From Monocercomonoides exilis PA203 (lineage: Eukaryota > Protista > Preaxostyla): a stretch of DNA of 64,000 nucleotides. This document shows, piece by piece, positions 61,335-64,000 of the stretch (its first letter is position 1; each line of letters starts with the position of its first letter). The position numbers were made by a program, and so were the translations under genes. Location of the stretch: positions 1 to 64,000 of the forward strand of contig LSRY02000038.1 of assembly GCA_001643675.2 (NCBI GenBank), given 5' to 3'. The notes under the pieces were generated by a model. It was not told the DNA's origin and searched no databases. It saw only the letters and a program-made list of their open reading frames with translations.

Positions 61335-62785
61335 TCAAACATTTACAAAATAATCTGAAATATTCAACGATAAATCATGATTATAATTATGCAGAAGAAA
61401 ATCAGAATTTTCATGAAAGCTTATGATGATATCTTCGTATCCTTCTTCTTCCATCTTTTCAAACATTTTCCTTTTCATTGCCTTCCTTTCCTCTTCTTCC
61501 ATTTCATTATCCGTTTTTTCTTTCAATCGATTTGAAACATTCACAAGGAATTGCAAGCCATTATTCATAATATCTTTATTCAACGTTGGCCGGTTCAACT
61601 CCTCCAAAACAGCATCAACTGCTCCTCCTTTCAACAAGTCTTCAACTTTCACAACTCTCCTTTCTGCTGCACTTCTCAAGGAATAAATGCAGAGATTGCT
61701 AATAACGCTGTAATAATCCTTCTCTGCTCGATGAACCTGAACAATGTTTTTGAGCAGCCCAACATTTTCTTCATTCTTCAATCGACAAATTTGAAAATAA
61801 ATCGAGAATGTTTGCAGCCATCTCACCAATGCAAATTCTTCTTTCGCTTCCTTTCCTCCTTCCTCTCCTTTTTTCCTGTTCCAATCTACATTTCTTGTCA
61901 GCTCTTCCAATTCTCTTGCTGCTTCTCTTCCAAAATGCAGCTCATTCACAATCATATCTTCCAAATTTCTATCTTTGATAAATCTTTTAATTAAAAACTC
62001 CCAAGCAGACTGATAGGCAAGTTTTGTAAGATTTCTGTGGTTTTGCTGATGTTCGATGATTTCTGTAATTTTCTTCAAATATGCTTCTTTTTCAATTTCC
62101 TATTGAACGCATTTAAATGGGAAAGAAATCATTAAATAAACAAAAACGAAGCGGCTTCAAACAGTATAAAAGCTAATGTTGCTCAACGCCAGCAATGCCA
62201 TTTCCACTTCTGTTTGATTCTCCTCGCTTTCCTCTTTGACAGATGCAACTTTCAGGAGGCAAGGCACGCATACGCAAAGCATTTTCGAATTTATGCAACC
62301 ATTCAGAAAAACAAAACATTCGCAAAGGTCAGAAAAAAGCTTTTCATTCTTTTCTTCTTTTTTTTCTTCATCAATAATCATCTTTTTAAATCTTTCACCT
62401 AGCGAAGACGAATCAAAGCATAAATTCCAAACATTTTTCAGCACATTGCAATATCCAACATGCTTCAGCAGCAAAATTGCATTCTCCATTGACATTTTCT
62501 TTTCTTCAATCATTTTGTTCATTTTGTTGAATATTTCTTCGTTGATAATGGATTTTAATTCTTCTATATTCATTTCTTCAATTAATCTATTCATTCCCTC
62601 TATTTTCTGTTTCTGCTCTTCCTCATTGCAATCTTCAAGCTCAGAAAACAATTCTCAAAAATTAATTAATGAGGGAAAGCGCTGAACATTCAAAAAATAG
62701 AAAATATGAACAAACTTGAAAACTTATCTGCAAGAGACGGCTCTTGAGCATCATCATTGGATTTGTCTTCATTACACATTTCCAT
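61335..62785 (-). CDS. Intact 3-exon gene (441 aa) of an expanded Monocercomonoides-type helical-repeat family of unknown function
   Basis: Exons 62785-62716, 62653-62163 and 62099-61335, with 62- and 63-nt GTTTG..AG introns, give an uninterrupted frame: MEMCNEDK..KFSKLFSELEDC..VEMALLALSNI..HQQNHRNLTKLAYQSAWEFL..ISDYFVNV. Motifs recalled from Monocercomonoides hypothetical proteins. Confidence 0.85.
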
Positions 62786-64000
62786 TCTGTCTATTATTAG
62801 CAAAGATCAATTTGCTGCAAAATTTCAAATGAAAAACAGAAAAACAAACAGAAAAACAAACATTGTTATTGATTGACACAACAAAGATAAAGTCCAAGCT
62901 CAATTCCTTTGGCTAGTTGAAAAAAAATTATGTAAAAAAAGAAATCGCAAAGAAGCTGCAATGTTTGTCGTATTTTGTCAAATACGAAAGAGTTTTATTT
63001 CGATCTGATCGAACCAACAATAATTTATGCCTAAGATCTGGATTGAATTTCGATGAAATTTTTGAACATATTGGGATATGTACCACATATAGTCGACATT
63101 AAATATCAAATTTTTTCTATTTTAATACTCTGAGTGGAACAAAGAAGGGGAAATTTGGTGCTTTTTTGAACTTTTCGAAGAAGAGACAAAAAAGCAACAA
63201 TTTGCACATTAAACTGTGCATTTAAACGTTGTTGCAGATTAAAATTCAAACATAAATATTACACTTATTTCTCTCACATTTAGAGTTATCTGGAAGTTTT
63301 TGATCATCGAAATGATTTTTTCTGTTATTTCGGAGTGTTTACTAGTTTCTGTGCATATTTCAAATTTAATGTGCCTGAGTAAAGTTCTTGGATATCTGGA
63401 TAATTTTGTTATTAGTATTTTCTTGGGTGGGTCACTTTGGCTAAAGGAAGATTGATGGAGGGAATCAAGCTTTCATCAATTAACATTTTGTTGATGTTTG
63501 GGCGAATGATTACTAAACGCCTTTGGGGCCTAATCAAGGCAACAATGGACGGCATTGTTAATTGTGCATTGAAAGTGGTTCTATTCCAAAATGCTTTGAT
63601 GCAAATTGAAGATGAAATAACTCGAAAAGGCGAAGGAAGATTGATGCAATATTGGAATCAAATTTCAATGAAAGTTTTCAAGTTCATTTCAATACATCAA
63701 TCGATGAATGGTGTTACCGCTGATGTGTATTTTTCCGAAAAGGCGCTTTCTGCGTTTTTTGGAAAATCATCATTTTGGGTTGTTTTGATGGCTGTTGTTG
63801 ATTCACCGTTTTCGGCGTGGATTTCGAGGTAAAGGCGGTAACAATACGTGCGATACTGGAACGAATCTGACAAGACAGAACAGACTGCGATTGAGGTATT
63901 TGATGAAATTGAGGTGTGTTATCCAATTCATGAAACATTTACACAATTTTTATTAAAATAAGAAAGAAAGAAATCATGAAAAATTAAAATAATTCATACT

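Noticed and set aside
63437-63938. Possible DDE transposase remnant
   Set aside because: Only vague motif resemblance, with no convincing catalytic motifs, and the region is close to the window edge.

Overview
Eukaryotic chromosome end: an AT-rich protist, most likely the oxymonad Monocercomonoides. This is inferred from the gene family at 61.3-62.8 kb and the short GTTTG...AG introns. From left to right the window holds: ~3 kb of (CCCTAA)n telomere; ~25.5 tandem copies of a GC-rich, internally palindromic ~347-bp subtelomeric satellite; then a subtelomere dominated by five divergent copies of a gene fusing a Cre/DIRS-type tyrosine recombinase (YR) to a C-terminal single Myb domain. Three copies have intact ORFs, one has two homopolymer frameshifts and one is decayed. 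No RT, RNase H or gag is seen and two copies carry a spliceosomal intron, so they look like Crypton-like DNA elements. Short interstitial telomeric motifs and decayed, apparently homologous partner genes lie beside several copies. This suggests (inference) a telomere-associated or telomere-targeting YR-Myb mobile system. The window also contains a 2.2-kb non-autonomous element with 938-bp terminal inverted repeats and a TA target duplication, several long pseudogenes, purine microsatellites and one intact 3-exon host gene.
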